Assembly: GCA_017647025.1 (NCBI GenBank)
Contig: JAGCLL010000043.1
Coordinates: 1,598-65,597, forward strand
Direction: 5' to 3'
Length of the DNA: 64,000 nucleotides
DNA from: Alistipes sp.
GTDB taxonomy: Bacteria > Bacteroidota > Bacteroidia > Bacteroidales > Rikenellaceae
Below the pieces are notes generated by a model that searched no databases, was not told the origin of the DNA, and worked only from the letters and a program-made list of their open reading frames with translations. The translations under genes and the position numbers were made by a program. Shown here in pieces: positions 47,409 through 55,937 of the stretch; the first letter of the stretch is position 1, and each line of letters begins with the position of its first letter.

Positions 47409-47902
47409 ATATTCGAATTAAAAAAGTTGTTCTTTATCTCCTCCGTGTAGTATTGTTCCAATCGTTTCTCCAAGTTATCGGCAAAGGTTTGCATCGCAGG
47501 TGTGATGATGTCCTTACGCCCACCGTTACGATATAGTCTTGTGCCGAACTTATTGAGGTACCATCGGAGCCAATTTGCGATACGGACATATTGCTCATCA
47601 GAAAGCCCTGCCGATGTAAATCCTCGTATTTTGCACCACTCTGCAAGACCACTCACAAACTCCGCTTGTTCGGCACTGCCTCTCGTTCCTTTGCGTGCTG
47701 GACCTCTACCCGTTTCAAATGTTCCGATGTGTGCAGCACCCAACACCTGGCCGACATAATCCACTCCTCTTTGTTCAAGAGTCTTTTCGAGTGATGCGAT
47801 ACTCTTACCCGTAGCCCTTTGCCCTGCCTGAATGTGTCGATACTTAACATCGGCAATGAACTCATTGAGAGTCGTGCTAATTATGTCACTTATACTTTGC
47901 AT
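47405..47902 (-). CDS. Probable neck/tail completion protein
   Basis: GQRATGKS..SL, ETGRGP, I....KFGT.LY..GGR. Confidence 0.55.
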   Translation of the reverse strand: MQSISDIISTTLNEFIADVKYRHIQAGQRATGKSIASLEKTLEQRGVDYVGQVLGAAHIGTFETGRGPARKGTRGSAEQAEFVSGLAEWCKIRGFTSAGLSDEQYVRIANWLRWYLNKFGTRLYRNGGRKDIITPAMQTFADNLEKRLEQYYTEEIKNNFFNSNI

Positions 47903-48362
47903 TTATTACCTTTGTAAATCGCTCGTTAAACTTGTATTCTTCCAAATCCGCATACAACAAACCAAGCACTTTGCTATATGGCCATTTCAACACTTCGTCC
48001 GGGTCTTTCCCAAAATCTTTTGCGAGAGCCTTATATGTGCTTATAGGTCCGACTCGTTTGCTCAATTCCAATATACCAGCCGCCAACTCGTCCGCCGTAG
48101 GTGTGTGTTTGAGTAGTTCTTGTTCGTTCTCACATATTCGGGCAAACTCCTTAACCAATTTGTGTAGCATCTGCACTCTCTTGCGTATAGGCACCCATCG
48201 ACAAGAGTAGCCATACACCTCACGAAAGGCTTGTTTCATTCGTTGGTATTCGCTAATATGCTCATTGGTGAATATGTAACCCAACTCTATACGATTGCCA
48301 TAGGTAAACACATCATCTTCGAGCGAAATAACACCCAACTTTATGTTGCCTATTCGTATCAT
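47886..48362 (-). CDS. Hypothetical phage protein, possible tail assembly chaperone
   Basis: PDEVLKWPYSKV..LL motif; ATGA overlap with upstream gene. Confidence 0.5.
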   Translation of the reverse strand: MIRIGNIKLGVISLEDDVFTYGNRIELGYIFTNEHISEYQRMKQAFREVYGYSCRWVPIRKRVQMLHKLVKEFARICENEQELLKHTPTADELAAGILELSKRVGPISTYKALAKDFGKDPDEVLKWPYSKVLGLLYADLEEYKFNERFTKVINAKYK

Positions 48363-48778
48363 TGTGCACACATACGATATGTTACCCAAAAGCGTAGCAT
48401 CACGCTTACAGCATTGGCGTCAAACCGAGGAGGCTCTGGCATACAAGAGAACTCCTTTACAGGCTCAAAGTATTGGGACTCTTGCAGCTTTTTGATAAAT
48501 GGCAATATCGCCTCAGACTCTATCTGTTCTCGTAACATCTCTCTATCCGCTGCATCATTATGCATAGGGCAGAGTCGCATAAACGACAACTCAACCATTA
48601 CAGCCTTTTTGAGCCCCATTTGCTGTGTAATCTTTCCGTCTGTATATTCCTCGAAGAATATGAGAGGGAAAGAGGCATTGTCTGCCTTTACATTCATCAT
48701 CTTTGAGTGCTCAAACTCAAACCCATACTCGGGTACTGCACTATTGCAGATTTCCTTTATTTTCGATAGTATTGCCAT
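48359..48778 (-). CDS. Hypothetical phage protein, possible tail terminator
   Basis: 139 aa directly after terminase; FP.IFFEE and C-terminal beta strand. Confidence 0.5.
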   Translation of the reverse strand: MAILSKIKEICNSAVPEYGFEFEHSKMMNVKADNASFPLIFFEEYTDGKITQQMGLKKAVMVELSFMRLCPMHNDAADREMLREQIESEAILPFIKKLQESQYFEPVKEFSCMPEPPRFDANAVSVMLRFWVTYRMCAQ

Positions 48779-48779
48779 A

Positions 48780-50237
48780 TCACTTTGTTGTTGAGAATTT
48801 AGATCCTCGTCTTAATTGTTGTACCTCCTTTTCGATAATTCCCGTCACCGCATCGGGGGCGTCATCGTGCTTGTTCGCATTGAACTTTCGGCGGAACTTT
48901 ATGATATCCATATAAAAAGCTGGCCACCTCCTTGCCCAATCTTCGGGCATCTTTATCCATTGTTGAACTGTTGATGCATTGTTTACGATACGAGCCTCCT
49001 TGTTGCCCGACTGATGAAACCAATCGACACGAGTAGTCGGCACCATTCGCTGTATCGACCTTGCGAAACCTCTACCGCCATTGTTGCTCTCGATGTATGC
49101 GAATTGAGTGTTATTGTCTCGGAAAGCATTTGCCACCAACCCCTCCGTTACTTCCATAGGCTCTTTGGAATAGACCACATCGGTAATGTAGATAAAGCCT
49201 TCACGGTCCACTGAATAACATATCGAGCAGAGGTAGTCGTCACCAGTATCGGCAGTGTCAGTGTAGTTGTACCTTTTGACAATGTTTTGTGGGAGTTCAG
49301 TGTATGTCAGGAACGGAAGAGTATAGAGCAGACCTTCCTTTGCCATTGGGCTACCTTGATACATACACTCGAAAGCCAATTCATCAAGTCCTCTCTTTCG
49401 TTGTAGTAACTCCGCAGATTGTCGAGTTGGCCACAATGCCTCACCAAGTTTTCGAGGGTCAATAGGTGATGGCGTAGTATTCTGCAACGCTGGGAAGTTG
49501 ATTTTATACCAACCTCTAAAATCAGGGTCTATTTGTTCAAGGTCGAGCAGAGTTATTACATCTTCCTTTCGCTCGATATGTCCGATAAGGTCTTCATCGT
49601 GCCAACGAGTGAACACGATTAGCTCTTGCGACTTGTTATGCAGTCGAGACACAGCAGTACCGAAGTACCACTCTTGCGTTTCCTCTCGCACGATTGGAGA
49701 GTTAGCCTCTTGGTCATTCTTGTATAGGTCATCGACAATAAGGATATCGACAGCATTACCGGTGATTGTACCATTACGACCAGCTGAACGGAGAGAGCCT
49801 TCGTGGTTGACTATCTCGGCAAGTGTAGTGGTTTCCTCATACTTGCGTGTCGCTAAACCCTTAACAAGCGATTTGAGTTTGGTTTCTCCAAATAGTACTT
49901 GATATTGCGGTGATGTGATGATACGCTGCACACGCTTATTGAACTTATTAGCGTGCCTTTGGTTGTATGATGCAATACATATCTGCAAATCGGGGTTTAT
50001 GCCGAGCAAATATGCCGGGAGTAGAATAGACGAGCCGAGTGACTTGCCGTGCTGTGGCGGTACCGTAACAATGAGTTTGCGGATTTTGCCCTTTGCGAAC
50101 ATTCCAAGTATCTTGTAATAGACATCGTGGAAGGGTGTAATTTCGAGGTTGGGGTATAGATATGACGCAAAGTCGCAAAAAAATCTTCTTGCGGCTTCTT
50201 CCTCAAAGGCTCTCCTTAACTCCTCACTATACTGCAT
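48780..50237 (-). CDS. Terminase large subunit
   Basis: VPPQHGKS Walker A, LIVDD Walker B, TRWHDEDL, DTADTG.D, IESN.GG, HDDAPDA. Confidence 0.93.
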   Translation of the reverse strand: MQYSEELRRAFEEEAARRFFCDFASYLYPNLEITPFHDVYYKILGMFAKGKIRKLIVTVPPQHGKSLGSSILLPAYLLGINPDLQICIASYNQRHANKFNKRVQRIITSPQYQVLFGETKLKSLVKGLATRKYEETTTLAEIVNHEGSLRSAGRNGTITGNAVDILIVDDLYKNDQEANSPIVREETQEWYFGTAVSRLHNKSQELIVFTRWHDEDLIGHIERKEDVITLLDLEQIDPDFRGWYKINFPALQNTTPSPIDPRKLGEALWPTRQSAELLQRKRGLDELAFECMYQGSPMAKEGLLYTLPFLTYTELPQNIVKRYNYTDTADTGDDYLCSICYSVDREGFIYITDVVYSKEPMEVTEGLVANAFRDNNTQFAYIESNNGGRGFARSIQRMVPTTRVDWFHQSGNKEARIVNNASTVQQWIKMPEDWARRWPAFYMDIIKFRRKFNANKHDDAPDAVTGIIEKEVQQLRRGSKFSTTK

Positions 50238-50800
50238 TACTTTCTCTCTTTTACCTTGGCAGTAATACTCTTCATTTTGGCAATCTCTTCATCGGACAAA
50301 TTAGAGAAATCGTATTGTTGCCCGGTTATGTTGAGATTGAGAGTGTCGCTCTCATCAAGACCGAACAACTCTCTTTTCTGCTTGATGCACCTCTCAACCC
50401 CTTCCAGATATCGAGGGTCGCCCAAGCACGATGTTTCTTGTTCCTGCATCTCGACATTGCTTGCCTCGACCTGATTTCCTTTTGTTTGCCCCTTTCGCTT
50501 AACGGTCTTTTGTTTTCGAGGTTTCTTCGACTCCTCCCATTGTTTCCAATACTCTCGCTCAACCTCGCAAATCTCTTTATATGTCACCTGCACAGCATTG
50601 TGAACATACGACTGCTGGTGGTCCTTCCATTCAGCAAGTATCTTCTTTTGGTATGTGGCTACTGTTGCGTGCGACACCTCAAATCCGAGAGATGTGCTGA
50701 TTGACTCGGCTATCTCTCGGGTGGACAAACCACGCAAGAACAAGGGGGATATCGCCTCCTTGATTTTCTCTCGTTGTATCGCATTAAATGTTGCTGCCAT
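50237..50800 (-). CDS. Probable terminase small subunit
   Basis: N-terminal HTH (GLSTREIAE...VSHATVA), GDPRYL, DFSNLSDEEI tail; TAATG-coupled to terL. Confidence 0.65.
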   Translation of the reverse strand: MAATFNAIQREKIKEAISPLFLRGLSTREIAESISTSLGFEVSHATVATYQKKILAEWKDHQQSYVHNAVQVTYKEICEVEREYWKQWEESKKPRKQKTVKRKGQTKGNQVEASNVEMQEQETSCLGDPRYLEGVERCIKQKRELFGLDESDTLNLNITGQQYDFSNLSDEEIAKMKSITAKVKERK

Positions 50801-50828
50801 TGTAAAACCGTCTTATTTGTCAAACCTC

Positions 50829-51443
50829 CTATTGTTCCTCTCTCTTTGGGTAAGGCTGTGCCAATGGGGCACAAATCTTTCTCATCTTCTTGTTTAGAGG
50901 CATTATGTATTTATGTTTGCCGAGAGTATAGACATATTCGGCATTGGGGTCGATGTGTTCTCTCAACCATTCGATGTTGCATCTCCACCCCTTTTTGCCT
51001 ATTGTGCGTGGGTGTTTCACCTCTCCGAATATGCGTATTCGGGGTGTTCCTCCGTTAAGTTGCACTTTTCCCTCGTATATCCAATTGGTTGCTTGATAGA
51101 TTATGCCTGTGTGGCTTTGGTCGCAATCGGCATAGGATATGATGAGTTTAAGCAGTGGGTTATATTGTTTGAGCATCTTTATCGACATAGCGAGTGCTTG
51201 ACTTGTTGCCTCTTGCTTCCCGTTTAATGCTACTCGCACAAGTTCGCACCATTCGCCTTGTACCAGGTTGAATTTGTTGCCAAGTTTAGAGTTGGCTCCA
51301 CCTGAATAGACGATGCAACCACACCACTCATCGTTATCGTTAAAGACGGAGAATGAGCATACCGCTGCCGGTACTGCTTTGGCATAGTGGAAATGCAGAC
51401 ACGCATATCGTAGAGCATCGTATGTCGCTAATTCGAGTCGCAT
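50829..51443 (-). CDS. Mom-family DNA adenine modification protein
   Basis: HFHY, ELVRVAL, ISYAD..Q.H.G.IYQATNW.Y.G, KHKY, PYPK pattern like Mu Mom. Confidence 0.75.
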   Translation of the reverse strand: MRLELATYDALRYACLHFHYAKAVPAAVCSFSVFNDNDEWCGCIVYSGGANSKLGNKFNLVQGEWCELVRVALNGKQEATSQALAMSIKMLKQYNPLLKLIISYADCDQSHTGIIYQATNWIYEGKVQLNGGTPRIRIFGEVKHPRTIGKKGWRCNIEWLREHIDPNAEYVYTLGKHKYIMPLNKKMRKICAPLAQPYPKREEQ

Positions 51444-52024
51444 TATATTTCACCACAGCTTACAGAGAAAAATGCTCCCTCATACTCTTTGAGGAGCTCT
51501 TCAATCTTGGGTCTTGCACTTTCGAACTGTTCTACCGATGCAAAGGTTATCTTCATCGATGCAGGCTTTGCCTTTTCTTCCCTCACAAGATCCGTGGGGA
51601 TTACCTCCGAGATAGGGATATGGAGGTCACATTCGAGGAGTAAATCACTCGGCCATTTGAGTTGCAGAATGGCATACGCCCAATCGCCACCGAGTGAGTT
51701 GGCAGTGATACACGCTTTGTCGCACTGCTCCTTGGTCCATCGTACTTGGCGATAGTTATATTGCTTTCCCTCCCAAATGACAAAGCCCCACGCCACGGTA
51801 CCCTGTGCATCGGGTGTGTCGTAGGCTATGATGATGCGTATATCGCAATCGTTAATATCAAAAATCTCGGAGCGGAAATTTCCACTCACGATTTGGTTTG
51901 AATTGAGGTCGTGCACGATGCCAGAGAGGTCGCCCAGCTCTCGCAAGTTAGTCCTCAACTTCTCTTTTTGCTCGTCAGTCCATACTCTCGGGTTGTCCTG
52001 ATAACTCTTGATTTCGTTGCTCAT
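51443..52024 (-). CDS. ParB/Srx-like N-terminal domain protein
   Basis: NPR.....KL..NL.ELG....IV......IVSGN.R; TAATG-coupled to the Mom-like gene. Confidence 0.65.
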   Translation of the reverse strand: MSNEIKSYQDNPRVWTDEQKEKLRTNLRELGDLSGIVHDLNSNQIVSGNFRSEIFDINDCDIRIIIAYDTPDAQGTVAWGFVIWEGKQYNYRQVRWTKEQCDKACITANSLGGDWAYAILQLKWPSDLLLECDLHIPISEVIPTDLVREEKAKPASMKITFASVEQFESARPKIEELLKEYEGAFFSVSCGEI

Positions 52025-52466
52025 TGTTGTGCTTTACAATTATGTTGTAAAGTTCGTCAACAATTGCCCTCCAATCATCATAAATGCGGTAGTAAAAGAG
52101 GGACATTCTCAGAAAGCCTAACTTTTTCCTTCCGAAGACACCCAAAGCACTCCCAATAGCAGCCATCAGACCATTCGGCAATCGCAGATTAGGGTTGTTA
52201 AGGACCAACGGACAATATAGCTTTACCACCACAGCAGTGAAGTAGTTCTTGTATCGTGTTGCATCTCTGTCGTAGAGCTTCCCAACCATCTCGGCTTTGG
52301 TTATTTCCAAAGTCTTACAAAATGGCTCTACGAGAGCCGGTATCTTGTCATAATCGAACATCACCGGCTCCTCGTAGCCAACTTGTTGTAGTAGGGTGTT
52401 GAAGAGTTCCTCGTTGGTATCTGCGAGATGTTTTCCCACTAACTGATATTTTAAGTCATCTTTCAT
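51975..52466 (-). CDS. Hypothetical phage protein
   Basis: 163-aa ORF in operon. Confidence 0.6.
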   Translation of the reverse strand: MKDDLKYQLVGKHLADTNEELFNTLLQQVGYEEPVMFDYDKIPALVEPFCKTLEITKAEMVGKLYDRDATRYKNYFTAVVVKLYCPLVLNNPNLRLPNGLMAAIGSALGVFGRKKLGFLRMSLFYYRIYDDWRAIVDELYNIIVKHNNEQRNQELSGQPESMD

Positions 52467-52834
52467 TTTGTAGTATTCTCGGCTGTGGTTGTTTCCGATG
52501 TTCTCATCAACTGTGCAATCATCTGTATTGTGTCATTTGTCAGGAGTTGTTGCGGAGTGCATCTAATAATACGCCACCCCATACAAGTTGCCGTGTTGTA
52601 TTTCTCCATATCGGCGATGAAACCCGATGCTCGTGTGTGTCGCCCGTAGGAGAATGCACCTCCCTCAACTTCAAGGGCAATCTTGTGACTGGGTAGAGCG
52701 TAATCAAAACGCCACTTGCGTACTTTGTGAAATTGGAACTCCTTGACAAACTCCACCCCGAGAGATTGTTTTGCCACTTGGCAAAATATGTCAATCACTG
52801 GTACCTTAATTTTCGTCTTTCGTTTCGGTGTCAT
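52463..52834 (-). CDS. PD-(D/E)XK endonuclease (DUF559/Vsr-like)
   Basis: EFQFH..RKWRFDYA...KIALEVEGG...H...D.EKYN.A...GW; start ATG 52834. Confidence 0.8.
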   Translation of the reverse strand: MTPKRKTKIKVPVIDIFCQVAKQSLGVEFVKEFQFHKVRKWRFDYALPSHKIALEVEGGAFSYGRHTRASGFIADMEKYNTATCMGWRIIRCTPQQLLTNDTIQMIAQLMRTSETTTAENTTK

Positions 52835-53157
52835 TAGTTTAGTCGTTTTCCAAGTTTGATAATAAAAGTTTTGTGGTTTGGTGCTCCCCACTCGGGGCGA
52901 CCTTGCCCGAAGATTATCCCCTTGCATTCAAAGAGCATTCTGCGTTTGGTGTAGCCGTATGAGAAACAAACCGCATCGTAAAGCTTGAATTTGCGAAATA
53001 TGCAATCCTCACATTTGTCCTCGGAACATACCGCACTATCGCACTGCATCAGTCGAGCAACCCAGTATGGCGTATGTTCTCGATACTCTTCGGGTTTTTC
53101 TCCTCGCTCTATCATATCATACCACTGTGCTTTGAGTGGGAGGTAAAGTATTCTCAT
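52834..53157 (-). CDS. ASCH domain protein
   Basis: L.LK..WYDMI..GEK.EEYRE...YW. Confidence 0.8.
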   Translation of the reverse strand: MRILYLPLKAQWYDMIERGEKPEEYREHTPYWVARLMQCDSAVCSEDKCEDCIFRKFKLYDAVCFSYGYTKRRMLFECKGIIFGQGRPEWGAPNHKTFIIKLGKRLN

Positions 53158-53420
53158 AGGCTGCTCGTGTATTCGATGTGCAACACCTCAACATAAGTGT
53201 CGTTGAGCGTGGGCCCAACTTTAACCTTGCCCTGATGCATCAAGGAAATAAGAGCTTCATTGAGTTCACTATCAGTTATCGCATACCCAAGTTTGTCTTC
53301 CACTTGCTGGCGAAGGTGGTCGCCAATAACAAGGGCTTGATGTGGCACCCTCTTTTGTTGTTCCTTTGCCTCCTGAATGGAGAGAACAGTGTTGCGTAGT
53401 ATTTGTTCAATTATCGTCAT
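53154..53420 (-). CDS. Small hypothetical protein, winged-helix-like
   Basis: L...GKVKVGPTLND.Y C-terminus. Confidence 0.5.
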   Translation of the reverse strand: MTIIEQILRNTVLSIQEAKEQQKRVPHQALVIGDHLRQQVEDKLGYAITDSELNEALISLMHQGKVKVGPTLNDTYVEVLHIEYTSSL

Positions 53421-53437
53421 AATCTCAATGTTTAAGG

Positions 53438-53629
53438 TTACCCACAAGGAAGAGGTACTACCTCAATTTTCGGTTTTAATACCAGGCACGCAGGATATGC
53501 AGTATCAAATCCATCAAAAACCTCTTCGCAATGCCCAATGACTATCTCATATTGTGTGTCATCTATTTCGATGAACACCTCCTCCTCATTGGCGGAGGAT
53601 AGCAGTTTTATCAAGTCTGATGTCTTCAT
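53438..53629 (-). CDS. Small hypothetical phage protein
   Basis: 63-aa ORF in operon. Confidence 0.5.
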   Translation of the reverse strand: MKTSDLIKLLSSANEEEVFIEIDDTQYEIVIGHCEEVFDGFDTAYPACLVLKPKIEVVPLPCG

Positions 53630-53867
53630 AACTCATAGTTTCTATATCACTAATCCAATAAACCGTTCCCTTGGGGTGTGGCATATACAGCAGATACATC
53701 TCTGCGTATCCACCGTCTGCTTTGCGTTTGTATATCAGGCGTATTTTTGCTCCCTCATATCCTACTTTTCCAATGGTCTCGCAAAAGTGCGGTTTGTCAT
53801 TAAATCGCTTTTGGCAGTACTCTTCGAGGTTCTGTCTGCCCTCAATCCATTTGTAAATAAAAGCCAT
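53586..53867 (-). CDS. Small hypothetical phage protein
   Basis: 93-aa ORF in operon. Confidence 0.5.
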   Translation of the reverse strand: MAFIYKWIEGRQNLEEYCQKRFNDKPHFCETIGKVGYEGAKIRLIYKRKADGGYAEMYLLYMPHPKGTVYWISDIETMSYEDIRLDKTAILRQ

Positions 53868-53869
53868 AA

Positions 53870-53995
53870 CTACTCCTTTTTGTTGTATCGTTTCAAATCT
53901 CTGCGTAACCCTTTAATTTCTCCTTCGATATCATCGAGAGCAATCAATATCAGGGCTGTTGCTATCATCACTACTCCAATCATCATTTTATCCAT
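53870..53995 (-). CDS. 41-aa membrane peptide (not in ORF track)
   Basis: MDKMMIGVVMIATALILIALDDIEGEIKGLRRDLKRYNKKE exactly fills the gap between neighbours. Confidence 0.5.
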   Translation of the reverse strand: MDKMMIGVVMIATALILIALDDIEGEIKGLRRDLKRYNKKE

Positions 53996-54423
53996 TTTTT
54001 GATGTTGTTAATTTCCGTAGGTGGTACATAGTAGCGGAACTCTCCACGCTCCAATGCATCTATCTCCTCCTGAATATCCGAGAGTTTGTTTTCTCGTTCT
54101 GCTTTTGTAAATCCGAAGAGGTCATCTTCGTAATATCCGTGCCTGGTTTGTTTAAGTTTTCTTTTCTTTGCCCGGAGCAGATTTTTCGTTTTCTCACTGA
54201 TGTAATCCTCGCCACATAGCACATTATCTTGTGAGCATATAATCAACTCTACTTTACGGTGTGGGTTATGGACCTTAACAAGGGCAGCGAGATATTCAAA
54301 GTACCACATCCAGCGTTGTACTAATTGCAGTGGTTGATTATAGCGGTAGTATATAACCTCCTCAACCCACCAACCCTTATAGATGTTGATTTTGACAGCT
54401 ATGCCTGATAGTGTTGTGCTCAT
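53983..54423 (-). CDS. Hypothetical phage protein
   Basis: 146-aa ORF in operon. Confidence 0.6.
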   Translation of the reverse strand: MSTTLSGIAVKINIYKGWWVEEVIYYRYNQPLQLVQRWMWYFEYLAALVKVHNPHRKVELIICSQDNVLCGEDYISEKTKNLLRAKKRKLKQTRHGYYEDDLFGFTKAERENKLSDIQEEIDALERGEFRYYVPPTEINNIKKWIK

Positions 54424-54425
54424 AG

Positions 54426-55148
54426 TTAATCTCTATTGTTTCTGTGGCTTGTGCCGGTGAACATTATTGTTGTAAAATCTTTCAACCTATCCACTACTCG
54501 GGAGCCATAGGCTTTGAGCAGTTCTTGCTCATTGAGGTTGGTGATGCAGATTGTTGGCAGATCCTTATTTGCTCGGAGTTGAATTATATCCGCTATCGGC
54601 ATTATCGTTGAGCCGTAGTATTTCACCGATGGCTCCTCCTTGCCTATATCGTCAATCGCTATCACTCCTCGGCTATTGCCTAATGCTGTGATGCTAAATG
54701 CCTCGTATGTGTTGGTGGGTTGCACATCTGGGCGGAGGCACTGTTCCACAATCTCTCCTGCATCAACCCAACGGATACCCACGCTCTCCTTGGGGCAGAA
54801 TGTGCGGTGGTATGTGTTTATAAACATTCTCATCGCTTTAATCAGTGTCGATTTACCAAGTCCCTTTTCTCCGATAAGTTTAAGCCCTACTCGCTTTGGT
54901 CTTACTATCCACTCGGCTGTTTCTTGTATCGCTCGTAGTAGTTCAGGTGTCATATTTGCTTTATGCCCGGTCTTCTCGACCTCTACTCGATAGATGCTCA
55001 CAAGAGAGTTGTACACCTCTTCAACCGTGAATGGTAGGTTAAAAATTCGTATCGTAGTTTCCGCTGAACACAACTCTGCCATTGCTTGACGCCACGCTTG
55101 TTGTCGGCATTGTTGGAGTTGTTCCGGAGTTAGTTCTGTTGTTTTCAT
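54426..55148 (-). CDS. DnaC/IstB-like ATPase (helicase loader)
   Basis: GEKGLGKST, IDDIGKE, TNL, YGSRVVDRL, F.G.S.R. Confidence 0.85.
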   Translation of the reverse strand: MKTTELTPEQLQQCRQQAWRQAMAELCSAETTIRIFNLPFTVEEVYNSLVSIYRVEVEKTGHKANMTPELLRAIQETAEWIVRPKRVGLKLIGEKGLGKSTLIKAMRMFINTYHRTFCPKESVGIRWVDAGEIVEQCLRPDVQPTNTYEAFSITALGNSRGVIAIDDIGKEEPSVKYYGSTIMPIADIIQLRANKDLPTICITNLNEQELLKAYGSRVVDRLKDFTTIMFTGTSHRNNRD

Positions 55149-55935
55149 ACTTGCGCTCGATTACTTTGACAAAATTCTCGGGTTTGAATAGCCAATCGAA
55201 ATCTGCCACCCAGCCTCGGTTATTCTTTCCGTTCAGGAACTCGGAATTGCCGGCTATGGTTAACATCTCATACACGGTTGCGAGTGAGTGTTGAGATATG
55301 CGAGCCATAACGGCTGATTTTCGTTTGTCGGTTATCACTCGAATTGAGGGCATATTTACGCACTTTTCGAGGTATACTGCGACCACTTGTTTTACGACTT
55401 CCGTGTTGGTTGGAATTTCGAGGGGTAAAGTTTGAGTTTTACCAATCTCGGGAGTTATCGGCAAGGAAGAAGAGGAAGGAGATACAGAGGTAGAAGAAGA
55501 TAGATTATTATTTAAGACTTCTTCTGTTTCTTTTGTTTCTTTTCTTTTGTTCTCCTCCGCTAAACTGAAATTTTTACAGTTATCTTCACTTATAACTGAA
55601 TTATTTACAGTTATATCTTCCTCGTTCTCCTCCGCTAAACTGAAATTTTTACAGTTATCTTTGAGGGCAGAGATTGTATAAATAGGCATTTTTCGCTGAC
55701 CTCCTTCGAAGGAAATAAACCCTTTTTCACGCAGTCCAAGACGCACTTTTATGAGAGTCTTTTCGGATATATCAAGACACCCACAAATAAGGCGATTTGA
55801 CACCTCGAAAGTAGCCACCAGCCCCCTGCTACTACTCTCCTGCAAAAGAAAGTAGTAGAGGTCGGCTTCAATGGCTGAAACTCGGGTTGCTCGGCGTGCT
55901 TGCCAAAAGTGATTTATCAACTCCGAATAGTTCAT
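55039..55935 (-). CDS. Phage replication initiator
   Basis: N-terminal HTH, internal iteron-derived repeats, W.ADFDWL.KP.NF.KV.E C-terminal motif; upstream of DnaC-like gene. Confidence 0.8.
   Translation of the reverse strand: MNYSELINHFWQARRATRVSAIEADLYYFLLQESSSRGLVATFEVSNRLICGCLDISEKTLIKVRLGLREKGFISFEGGQRKMPIYTISALKDNCKNFSLAEENEEDITVNNSVISEDNCKNFSLAEENKRKETKETEEVLNNNLSSSTSVSPSSSSLPITPEIGKTQTLPLEIPTNTEVVKQVVAVYLEKCVNMPSIRVITDKRKSAVMARISQHSLATVYEMLTIAGNSEFLNGKNNRGWVADFDWLFKPENFVKVIERKYENNRTNSGTTPTMPTTSVASSNGRVVFSGNYDTNF
55549..55661. repeat. Iterons, probable phage replication origin
   Basis: 38-bp exact direct repeat at 55549-55586 and 55624-55661; three AACTG-N9-CAGTT palindromes. Confidence 0.8.
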
Positions 55936-55937
55936 AA

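Noticed and set aside
47886-48362. Programmed frameshift in a tail assembly chaperone
   Set aside because: No clear slippery heptamer with an overlapping extension frame identified
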